Assembly (NCBI GenBank): GCA_963789815.1
Contig: CAWBMG010000013.1
Span: forward strand, 729,569-793,568
DNA from: an uncultured Acidobacteriota bacterium
Lineage (GTDB): Bacteria; Acidobacteriota; Vicinamibacteria; Vicinamibacterales; UBA2999
Direction: 5' to 3'
DNA: 64,000 bases
Made by a program: the position numbers and the translations under genes. Shown here in pieces: positions 17,625 to 25,716 of this stretch. How positions within the stretch are numbered: the first letter of the stretch is position 1; each line of letters opens with the position of its first letter. The notes under the pieces are model-generated. The model saw only the letters and a list, made by a program, of their open reading frames with translations. It was not told the origin of the DNA and did no database searches.

Positions 17625-18557
17625 CTATTCATCGACCAAGCGTGCAGGGTTTGTTACTGCCATGGTCCTCACCTCGTCGATCGAGAATCCGGCGTCCAAC
17701 AGCCGCTGCGCGAACATCGCGAACCCGGCGGCGACGGGCGGGTTGATGGTCTGCCCCAGATCCGTCGCGAGGAGCGTCCGCGACACGCCCGTCTTCCGAA
17801 TGTTCGCAAACGCGACATCCCACGGGGCCTTGTTCGTGTAGGTCGTCGTGAAGCAGTGTTCGATGATCGCGCCCAAGTCGGCGAGCTCCTTTTGCTCCTC
17901 GCCGCTCAGGTTTTGCGACGGGAACTCGGCGTGCGTGACAAGGACCTTTTTGAGTCCCATCTCCTTCGAGGCGCGGACGAGGGCAAAAATCTCACGGCGA
18001 CCGAGGTGGCCCGTGGCCAGGATCATGTTGTGCTTGGCGATGCGTTCGAGACATCGGCGAGCAGCGTCGACGAGGTTGCCGGACTCGTCGATGACAGAGA
18101 GCGGCGGTGGCGAAATTCCCTCGGCCGCTAGCTCGCGCTGAATCTTGGCCCAGAAGGGCAGCTTCTCGCTGCCGCCGTCGAGTCGCCCTGCGGTTTCGTT
18201 CGCAGCGTCAACGGTGGGCATCCAGACGATCTTGCAGCCGGACCGGCCTGCCAGCTCGACCGCGACTGGATTAAGGCCCCCGACGCTGTGATTGAGCGTG
18301 ATCGCGCCGAAAGCCTTGATGCCAGGGACGGCCTTCGTGACCACCTGCGCCCGTTCTCCGGTCTGGATGTAGTGCGACTTGAGCACGAACCCTTTCATCC
18401 CGTGGGCCAGAAATTCCTTGGCGAGATCGAGGTCGTCGATTCGCCGGGCGATCACGTCCGGTCCGACGTGGACCTGCAGGTCGTATCCGCCCTCCAGGCA
18501 TTTCCAGGCGGCATCAGAGACAGGTGTGGCTTCGTTCGCGGGCGTCAATGTGGTCAT
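17625..18557 (-). CDS. metal-dependent TIM-barrel hydrolase-like protein (amidohydrolase-related; resembles the uncharacterised DUF6282 group)
   Basis: Start at MTTLTPANE (ATG 18557), forming an ATGA overlap with the upstream gene stop. Motifs DLQVHVGPD, KSHY, VWMPTVDA, ATGH and THAEF suggest metal ligands on a barrel. The family assignment is from memory only. Confidence 0.65.
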   Translation of the reverse strand: MTTLTPANEATPVSDAAWKCLEGGYDLQVHVGPDVIARRIDDLDLAKEFLAHGMKGFVLKSHYIQTGERAQVVTKAVPGIKAFGAITLNHSVGGLNPVAVELAGRSGCKIVWMPTVDAANETAGRLDGGSEKLPFWAKIQRELAAEGISPPPLSVIDESGNLVDAARRCLERIAKHNMILATGHLGRREIFALVRASKEMGLKKVLVTHAEFPSQNLSGEEQKELADLGAIIEHCFTTTYTNKAPWDVAFANIRKTGVSRTLLATDLGQTINPPVAAGFAMFAQRLLDAGFSIDEVRTMAVTNPARLVDE

Positions 18558-19555
18558 TGGCTTAGAGGCATCTCCTCGGTATCTATCTCTGGAAGGATTG
18601 AGGCGTTGTACCGTGGGCCGGATACAGTCATCGGGTTGATGAGCGCCTCCAGCCGTTCGAGCGTGCGCGCGTCCAGCCGCACGCGCGTCCCACCGGTATT
18701 TTCTCTCAGGTGGTCCAGCCGCGTCGTCCCCGGGATGGGAATGATGTGGTCGCCCCGCGCCAGCAGCCAGGCGAGGGCTAGCTGCCCCATGGTGCATCCG
18801 TTGTCACGAGCGATGACGGCAAGTCCATCCAGAAGACCGAGGTTCTTGGGGAAGTGCTCGGCCTGGAAACGGGGCATTCCGAGCCGGATGTCTTTCGGAG
18901 GGAGTGTCGAGACGTCGCGAAGCTCGCCCGTCAGGAAACCCCGCGCCAGAGGACTGAAAGCGACAAACGCTATGCCGAGCTCCTTGCACGCCTCGAGGAC
19001 GGCGACCTCCGGGTTCCGCGTCCATAGCGAGTATTCGGTTTGCAGCGCGGTAATCGGGTAGACGCGATGAGCCTTGCGGATGGTCGGCGCCGAGACTTCG
19101 CAGAGGCCAATCGTCTTGACCTTACCCTCTTTCACCAGGTCCGCAAGCGCGCCCACGCTCTCTTCGATCGGCACCCGCTTGTCCCAGCGGTGGAGGTAGT
19201 AGAGATCGATCACATCGGTCTGAAGGCGCTCGAGGCTCTCCTCGCAGTTTTTTCGAATGACCTCAGGCCGGCCGTCGATCGAGCGCTGGCCCTGCTCGTT
19301 ACGAAACATCCCGCCCTTACTCGCCAGCACGAATTCGTTGCGGCGGCCTCTGAGCGTATTTCCAATCAGGGTTTCGTTCGCACCGAAGCCGTATAACGCT
19401 GCAGTGTCGAAGTGCGTGCACCCGAGCTCCAGGGCTTTCAACAACACGGGGGCTGCCGCCTCAGGCGCGGGTGGAGTGCCATACGCATGGGACAGGCTCA
19501 TGCACCCGAGAGAGATTGCGGAAACGTCAAAAGGACCGAGCTTACGCGTTTGCAT
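18554..19555 (-). CDS. aldo/keto reductase
   Basis: Start at MQTRKLGPFDVSAISLGCMSLS. HFDTAALYG, LASKGG and LYYLHRWD are AKR signatures. Confidence 0.85.
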   Translation of the reverse strand: MQTRKLGPFDVSAISLGCMSLSHAYGTPPAPEAAAPVLLKALELGCTHFDTAALYGFGANETLIGNTLRGRRNEFVLASKGGMFRNEQGQRSIDGRPEVIRKNCEESLERLQTDVIDLYYLHRWDKRVPIEESVGALADLVKEGKVKTIGLCEVSAPTIRKAHRVYPITALQTEYSLWTRNPEVAVLEACKELGIAFVAFSPLARGFLTGELRDVSTLPPKDIRLGMPRFQAEHFPKNLGLLDGLAVIARDNGCTMGQLALAWLLARGDHIIPIPGTTRLDHLRENTGGTRVRLDARTLERLEALINPMTVSGPRYNASILPEIDTEEMPLSQ

Positions 19556-20174
19556 CGCGTCCTTCCGGTCGCCCGGGCTTCTCCGACCCGGCAAGCCACG
19601 CTTTGCCTTCCGCGTATAGCCTTTCAACGACGGGTCCGCGCAGTCCGGGAAGGTCGGCCTTTACCTTGAACCCGTTCTTCGACTGCAGGTAGCCAAGGTG
19701 CCGATAGCCCTCGGGGAAGCGCGCGAGCAGTTCAGCGTCGAGCGCGAGCGTCGCCGCCGGGTCCACGGGATCCAACCGGTCCTTCTCGTAGATTGGCTGG
19801 CGGCGCACGATTCCCCAACGTTCGCCACGTCTTTCGAGAAAGTCATAGAACCGACCCGTGCACACGACGTCCACGAGCACTCCCTCGACTGCTGCCCGCT
19901 GGTTGATTGTCATCTTGGTCTGTGAAACTGCACGGACGCCTGCGATGTCGCACGTGAAGCCGCCAAGGAAGTGAAGAATGCTTACGCCCCGCTCGAATCC
20001 TTCACGGCTGACCTCGATGAATGCGCGTGCAGGCCCTTGAAACCATGTGGCCGTCATCCACCCATCGTCATGCCAGACAGTCGCAAAGCGATCCCAATCG
20101 CCGGCGTCACGCCAGAGCGCCCAGTTCTCGATGACCTCCCGGATTGCGAGGCGGTCTTTCGTTGCGTCGTCCAT
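19542..20174 (-). CDS. NTF2-like (SnoaL_4-type) protein
   Basis: DRLAIREVIENWALWRDAGDWDRFATVWHDDGWM is the typical SnoaL-like N-terminus. Overlaps the AKR start by 14 nt. Confidence 0.7.
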   Translation of the reverse strand: MDDATKDRLAIREVIENWALWRDAGDWDRFATVWHDDGWMTATWFQGPARAFIEVSREGFERGVSILHFLGGFTCDIAGVRAVSQTKMTINQRAAVEGVLVDVVCTGRFYDFLERRGERWGIVRRQPIYEKDRLDPVDPAATLALDAELLARFPEGYRHLGYLQSKNGFKVKADLPGLRGPVVERLYAEGKAWLAGSEKPGRPEGRDANA

Positions 20175-20184
20175 AAGTCCTCAA

Positions 20185-20264
20185 CCACGAAGGGCACGGA
20201 GATCACTAAGGGATTCTCCGTGACCTTTGTGTTCTCCGTGGCTCATCTCTCCGTGTCTTCGTGG
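20185..20264. repeat. CACGGAG/CTCCGTG family inverted repeat between two same-strand genes
   Basis: CCACGAAGGGCACGGAGA is opposed by TCTCCGTGTCTTCGTGG, with extra CTCCGTG copies in between. Confidence 0.85.
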
Positions 20265-20265
20265 C

Positions 20266-21171
20266 TTAAGTATTCCTGAGCCGATTGCGCATCGTCCCGA
20301 TTCCCTCGATTTCGGTCTCGAGCACATCACCATCCTGCAGGTACTCGGGCGGCGTGCGTCCCATGCCGACGCCTTCGGGTGTGCCTGTCGCGAGGATGTC
20401 GCCGGCCTCCAGCGTCAGGCCCTTCGAGAGCCACTCGATGATCGAGTCGACACGGAAGATCATGTCACCGGTGTTTCCATCCTGTTTTGTGACTCCGTTG
20501 ACCCGGCACGTCAACCGCTTCGTCTGGGGGTCGCCGAACTCGTCGGCGGTTACCACCAGCGGCCCCATGGGGCAGAAGCTGTCGAGGCTCTTGCCCTTGA
20601 AAAACTGCAGGTGCTGCTGCTGCAAGTCGCGCGCGGTGACGTCGTTGATAACCGTGTACCCGAAGACGTGGCCCAGGGCGTTGGCCTTCGGAATATTGAG
20701 GCCACCGGTGCCGATGACGACGCCCAGTTCCACCTCCCAATCCACCTGACTCGTGAGCGCGCTGTGGACCTGCACGTCAGCGAACGGTCCACAAACGCTG
20801 GTGACGGCTTTCGTGAAGAGCACAGGGGCCGTCGGAATCTTCGCCTCTTGACCGCGGGCTCGAGCGGCCTCTCGAGCGTGCGCCGCGTAGTTCCGGCCGA
20901 GACAGAAGACATTCTTGGACGGGCGAGGTATCGGCGCGTGCAGGCGGACTTCGGCGAGCGCGTGCGCGGCGGGGCGACGTGCGTCCGTCGCAAGCTCCCG
21001 CATTCGGCGCCATGCCTCCGGACCTTGCTGAATGAGCGTTAGGAGTGAGTCGGGCAACGGTCCCTTCCATCGCCCCTCGGCGAGCGCGCTCGCCGGATAG
21101 ACGCGGTCATCATCGACGACCCCGAGACGCGCCGTGGAGTCCGTTTCAAGCGAAAACGTGGCGTATTTCAT
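20266..21171 (-). CDS. fumarylacetoacetate hydrolase (FAH) family protein
   Basis: NVFCLGRNYAAHA, DWEVELGVVIG, GYTVINDVTARD, KSLDSFCPMGP and GDILATGTPEGVG are FAH C-terminal domain motifs. Confidence 0.85.
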   Translation of the reverse strand: MKYATFSLETDSTARLGVVDDDRVYPASALAEGRWKGPLPDSLLTLIQQGPEAWRRMRELATDARRPAAHALAEVRLHAPIPRPSKNVFCLGRNYAAHAREAARARGQEAKIPTAPVLFTKAVTSVCGPFADVQVHSALTSQVDWEVELGVVIGTGGLNIPKANALGHVFGYTVINDVTARDLQQQHLQFFKGKSLDSFCPMGPLVVTADEFGDPQTKRLTCRVNGVTKQDGNTGDMIFRVDSIIEWLSKGLTLEAGDILATGTPEGVGMGRTPPEYLQDGDVLETEIEGIGTMRNRLRNT

Positions 21172-21333
21172 GTGGATTCGAAGACTCGGTGTGATCTGTC
21201 AGTGTGGCGAAAGGGCGCTCTGCCGGAGTATACTCCCGGCCAATTGACGCCTAAGTCGGGCTCTCAGTCTGTCGGGGGAGCAGGGCCCATCGGGGCGAAC
21301 TCTACAGACCAGTATTCATTCAGGAGGGTCAGG

Positions 21334-24300
21334 ATGAGACGCGCACTCCGCGGATTATTCAGCGGGCTTGTCGTTGTGCTCCTAGCCGCCGACGCTTCAA
21401 TGGCGCAGGTGGGTTCCACATCTCAGATTAACGGTACCGTGCGGGATTCAAGCGGAGGTGTCCTGCCGGGTGCAACTGTCGTTGGTATCCAGACCGAGAC
21501 CGGATTTCGGCGAGAGTCTGTCACCGACACAAACGGGTCGTATACCTTGCCGAACCTACCGGTCGGTCCATACCGCCTGGAAGTGTCGCTCTCAGGGTTT
21601 CGGACTCTTTCGCAAACCGGCATCGTCCTCCAGGTCAACGCCAATCCGGAGGTCAACCTCGTACTGCAGTTGGGCGAACTGACCGAGACGGTGTCCGTCG
21701 AAGCCTCCACACCGCTCGTCGAGACTCGGAGCCCCGGCATCGGGGCGGTCATCGAGAACGAGCGTATCGAGGAGTTGCCACTCAACGGACGGAACGCGGC
21801 CGATCTCATCACGATCGCGGGCGCGGCGGTTCCCCTGCCCCAGCTCAACGCGACCAGCCGTAGCATGACGGGCGGTCAGGCTTACTCGGTCGCTGGCGGA
21901 CAGGGATTCGGTGTGGCATTCCTGCTCGATGGTGCCACGCACAATAACCCTTACGACAATTTGAACCTTCCGCTCCCGTTCCCCGACGCGCTCCAGGAGT
22001 TCCGGGTCGAGACCAGCTCGACTACGGCCAGCAACGGGATGCACTCCGGCGCCTCCGTGAACGTGGTGACGAAGTCAGGCACGAACCTCTACCACGGCGA
22101 CCTCTTCGAGTTCGTTCGCAACCACAGGTTCAACGCGACCAACCGCTTCAATCAGATCAACGCGACTACGGGCGAGCGCGCCGACGACGGTCTGAGCCGG
22201 AATCAGTACGGCGGCACGATCGGCGGGCCGCTCAAGACCGACAAGATCTTTTTCTTTGGCGCCTACCAGGGCACTCGGCTACGCGAGACCCCGGCCGACT
22301 TGTTCAATTTCGTGCCGACGGCCGCGATGCTCGCCGGCGACTTCACGCAGTACGCATCCGCGGGCTGTAATACTGGCGGCGCGGTGACCTTACGCGGGCC
22401 ATTCGCGGGCCTTGGCAACCGGATCGATCCGGCCAGGTTCAGCCCGGCGGCGCTGAAGATTGCCGCGCAACTGCCCACCACCACCGACCCGTGCGGCCGC
22501 GTCACATACAGCCGCAGCCGTCCGACGGACGAGCAGCAGTACATCGGCAAGGTGGACTTTCAGCTGAGCCAGAACCAGACGATCTTTGGTCGCTACATCA
22601 TGACCAACAACACGGTGACGCCGCCCCTCCAGCTGCAGCCCGAGAACCTCCTCGTGTCGAGTCTAGGAGGGGGTGAAAGGAAGGCCCACACCTTCACCGT
22701 CGGCGATACGTTGGTCTTGAGCAACAATACGGTCAACGCGATTAGATTCGCTTTCAACTACACCGACGTTCACCGCACGCACGAGCCGATTGGGTTCTCG
22801 GCGCCGGATCTGGGCATCAAGACCTTCAGCTATATCGAGGATTACCTGCTGGTCAACGTCCAGAATGGAGGCTTCCAGCTCGGCGGCGGTACCGAGAGCG
22901 AGGCTAGGTTCAAGACGCCGTCGTATCAGGTCAACGACGACCTGACGATGATCAAGGGGAATCACCAGTACGGCCTAGGCGCGAGCGTGGCGTTCTGGTC
23001 GTCCCTGTCACAGGCCAACGTGCGTTCGCCGGGTCAGTTCACGTTCAACGGCACGATCACCGGCTTGCCGCTCGCCGACTTCCTGACCGGCAGCCTCGCC
23101 CAGTTGATCCAGGCGACGCCCAACTCGCTCGACATGCAGCAGTTGTATCTCGGGCTCTACGCGCAGGACACGTGGAAGCTGTCGCCGAGGGCGACGCTCA
23201 ACTACGGCGTCAGGTGGGAGCCCGGACTGGCGCAGCAGATCAGGAACGGCGCAATTTACAACTTCAGCACCGACCGATTCCTGAAAGGCGAGAAAACGAC
23301 ACAGTACACGAATGCTCCTCCGGGATTCCTCTATCCCGGAGATCCGGGGTTTGTGAACGACAAGGCGGGCATGGAAGATCACTGGCTTCAGTTCTCGCCG
23401 CGGGTCGGGTTTGCGTGGGATCCGAAGGGTGACGGCCGGATGTCGATTCGTAGCGGCTATTCGCTGGCCTACGACTTCGTGAACGCGCAGTTCCATCTCA
23501 ACACATCGGTCGCGCCTCCCTTCAACGCCGAGGCTCGTGTCGACAACCCGGTCGGCGGCTTCGACAACCCCTGGCTCGGGACAGGCAATGAGACGTTCTT
23601 CCCGTTCACGACGGGTAAGGATTCGCCGTTTCCGTTGACCGGACCGTACATCTCGATTCCACCCGACATCGAGCCCCCACGCCAACAAACATGGAACATC
23701 GCCGTTCAGCGTCAGATCGGCGACAACCTGGCGGTGTCGGCAACCTACCTTGGCAGCTACTCCGATCGCCTGTGGAATGTCCTGTCGTTTAACCCGGGCG
23801 TCTACATTCCCGGGAATTGCACGCTGCAAACGCCCACAGGGCCTCAGACGTTCACTCCCTGTTCGACGAATGCGACGCTCAACAACCGCCGCAAGCTGAC
23901 GATGGCCAACTTCGAAACAGGCAAGTACTTGGGTGTTGTGGACGAGCACACCGCGCTTGGCGAGCAGAGGTATAACGGCATGCTTCTCAGCTTCCAGCGG
24001 CGCAGCGCCAATGGAGTCAGCCTCAACGCCAACTACACGCTGTCGAAGTGCAAGGGCCATCCCACTCAAGGTGGAACCACACCGAACGTTGGAAGCGGCT
24101 ACGTCAACCCCGACGACATCGACTACGACTATGGCTTCTGCGACCAGGACCGCCGGCACCTCTTCAACCTGACTGCGGGCGTCCAAACGCCGGAGTTCTC
24201 GAACGCAGGTCTCCGAGCCGTTGCCTCCGACTGGCGTGTGTCCGGAATCCTGCGGTTGTTCTCCGGCCGAGCGCTCAACGTCACGGTCGCGAGCGACCCG

Positions 24301-24666
24301 GCGCGGACCGGCATTGGCAACCAGCGAGCGAACCTCTCGGGCGATCCGTACGGCGACGGGTCGTACAACAACTTCCTCAACCCGGCGTCGTTCACGACGC
24401 CCGCGCTCGGCACGCTCGGTAACTTCGAGCGCAATTCGATCAACGGTCCGGTGCAGAAGGGCGTGGACCTGGCCGTCGTGCGGTCCTTCCGGTTCAATAA
24501 CACCCACCGCATCGAGGCGCGCATCGAATCGTTCAACGCGTTCAACTGGTTCGTTCCGGACAATATCAATCCCCTCGTCGTCAATCGCGACAACGTCTTG
24601 TTCGGACGAATCACAGCTGCAGGTGACCCGCGTATCATGCAGTTCGCGCTGAAGTACAGTTTCTAA
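21334..24666 (+). CDS. TonB-dependent receptor with carboxypeptidase-regulatory-like domain
   Basis: AGGAGG lies before the ATG at 21334. Signal peptide, then INGTVRDSSGGVLPGATVVGIQTETGFRRESVTDTNGSYTLPNLPVGPYRLEVS, a plug, a long barrel and a terminal aromatic residue (LKYSF). Confidence 0.9.
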   Translation: MRRALRGLFSGLVVVLLAADASMAQVGSTSQINGTVRDSSGGVLPGATVVGIQTETGFRRESVTDTNGSYTLPNLPVGPYRLEVSLSGFRTLSQTGIVLQVNANPEVNLVLQLGELTETVSVEASTPLVETRSPGIGAVIENERIEELPLNGRNAADLITIAGAAVPLPQLNATSRSMTGGQAYSVAGGQGFGVAFLLDGATHNNPYDNLNLPLPFPDALQEFRVETSSTTASNGMHSGASVNVVTKSGTNLYHGDLFEFVRNHRFNATNRFNQINATTGERADDGLSRNQYGGTIGGPLKTDKIFFFGAYQGTRLRETPADLFNFVPTAAMLAGDFTQYASAGCNTGGAVTLRGPFAGLGNRIDPARFSPAALKIAAQLPTTTDPCGRVTYSRSRPTDEQQYIGKVDFQLSQNQTIFGRYIMTNNTVTPPLQLQPENLLVSSLGGGERKAHTFTVGDTLVLSNNTVNAIRFAFNYTDVHRTHEPIGFSAPDLGIKTFSYIEDYLLVNVQNGGFQLGGGTESEARFKTPSYQVNDDLTMIKGNHQYGLGASVAFWSSLSQANVRSPGQFTFNGTITGLPLADFLTGSLAQLIQATPNSLDMQQLYLGLYAQDTWKLSPRATLNYGVRWEPGLAQQIRNGAIYNFSTDRFLKGEKTTQYTNAPPGFLYPGDPGFVNDKAGMEDHWLQFSPRVGFAWDPKGDGRMSIRSGYSLAYDFVNAQFHLNTSVAPPFNAEARVDNPVGGFDNPWLGTGNETFFPFTTGKDSPFPLTGPYISIPPDIEPPRQQTWNIAVQRQIGDNLAVSATYLGSYSDRLWNVLSFNPGVYIPGNCTLQTPTGPQTFTPCSTNATLNNRRKLTMANFETGKYLGVVDEHTALGEQRYNGMLLSFQRRSANGVSLNANYTLSKCKGHPTQGGTTPNVGSGYVNPDDIDYDYGFCDQDRRHLFNLTAGVQTPEFSNAGLRAVASDWRVSGILRLFSGRALNVTVASDPARTGIGNQRANLSGDPYGDGSYNNFLNPASFTTPALGTLGNFERNSINGPVQKGVDLAVVRSFRFNNTHRIEARIESFNAFNWFVPDNINPLVVNRDNVLFGRITAAGDPRIMQFALKYSF

Positions 24667-24698
24667 GACCTTCCCTGGGCGCGATCGCACTGACGATG

Positions 24699-25001
24699 GT
24701 CGGTGCGATCGCGCCGCTTGTCGGTGCAAATCTCCTAACGCGGTCGGTGCAATCGCACGGCTTGTCGGTGCAATCTGGCGCACGCGTGTTGGTGCAATTC
24801 CGCTGACGCTCGTCGGTGCAAGGCGAACCACTGACGCAGGTCGGTGCCATCTTGGCGCCGCGTGTCGGTGCGATCCGTCTCGCGTTTGGAGGTGCAATCC
24901 GGGTGCAATCGCGCAACTTGTCGGTGCTGTCCGACGTGGCATGTCGGTGCAAGCAGGCTGACGCCTGCTGGTGTAAGGGAACTAACGCTTGTCGGTGCCG
25001 C
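24699..25001 (+). repeat. tandem array of about 14 units, period 21-28 nt (two shorter), conserved core GTCGGTGCAAT
   Basis: Core starts at 24699, 24720, 24743, 24764, 24788, 24812, 24840, 24864, 24889, 24902, 24920, 24943, 24970 and 24991. The last unit encodes the final residues (GTDKR) of the adjacent gene. Confidence 0.95.
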
Positions 25002-25377
25002 GCTGCTTTCGGGCGACGTCCAGTCGATTGGCCCTGAGGCTGCCTATCGCGGCATACAGGCGGCGCGTCAGCGTTCGGATTGGGGCCAGTTCCTCTGCGG
25101 AGACGTAGCCCTTCAGCTGGGCGCTCCGCAGCGTGTCGGTCACCTCGTTCAGCGACCGGCGGGATACTTCCAAGAAGCGCGCGAACTCGCGCGGCGACTC
25201 GCACCCGAATCCCTCTGCAATATTGCGGCAGATCGAATCGATCGCGTCTTCGGCCTGGCCTCGATGTTTGAAGTCGCGTGAGAACTGTGGGCGCCGGGTG
25301 AACGCGAAAGCGGCAACTCTCAGCTCGTCGGCGAGCTGCCACGCGATGAGCTCCGTGTAGTGCCGCGCACCTGCCAT
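24982..25377 (-). CDS. four-helix-bundle protein (23S rRNA intervening-sequence protein family, PF05635/TIGR02436-like)
   Basis: YTELIAWQLADELRVAAFAF, AIDSICRNIAEGFG, REFARFLEVSRRSLNEVTDTL matches the family pattern (W-Q-x-A, NIAEG, F-L-x-x-S-x-x-S-x-x-E). Start could be M at 25377 or 25398. Confidence 0.8.
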   Translation of the reverse strand: MAGARHYTELIAWQLADELRVAAFAFTRRPQFSRDFKHRGQAEDAIDSICRNIAEGFGCESPREFARFLEVSRRSLNEVTDTLRSAQLKGYVSAEELAPIRTLTRRLYAAIGSLRANRLDVARKQRGTDKR

Positions 25378-25485
25378 ACGGAGGTGATGGCAGAACACAT
25401 GCCAATGGAACCGCGCGCTTCGTCAACAACTTGCGGCCACCATCGCGCAAAATCTCCAATCCCGCGGCGACCACGGTTGGCAGGT

Positions 25486-25716
25486 TTTGCACCAACAAGC
25501 GCTAGTTCAAATTGCACCGACCTGCGTCAGTGAATAGCACCGACAATTTGCAGGCTTGCACCGACAAGCAAGATAGATCGCACCGACGAGCAAGGTCAGC
25601 TTGCACAGTCTTCCGTCAGCCCGCTCGCACCGACATGCAACATCGGATCGCACCGACCAGCCGTGCGATTGCACCGACAAGTTGTGCGATCGCACCTGCT
25701 GCACGTCGGATCGCGC
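25486..25716 (-). repeat. tandem array of about 10 units of the same repeat in opposite orientation (ATTGCACCGAC on the plus strand)
   Basis: GCACCGAC-type cores at 25489, 25514, 25537, 25558, 25580, 25603, 25627, 25650, 25671 and 25692, spaced 21-25 nt. The array ends 1 nt before the MFS stop codon. Confidence 0.95.

Noticed and set aside
23008-24942. 644-aa minus-strand ORF antisense to the second TonB-dependent receptor
   Set aside because: It has no recognisable domains and an Arg-rich composition, and it runs through the repeat array. The opposite strand encodes a complete TBDR with clear motifs.
24699-25001. Possible CRISPR array (regularly spaced repeats)
   Set aside because: The period is only 21-28 nt in total, with an 11-nt degenerate core. 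There are no repeats of 23 nt or more separated by unique spacers of about 30 nt. An inverted copy of the array lies 500 bp away, and there are no cas genes in the window.
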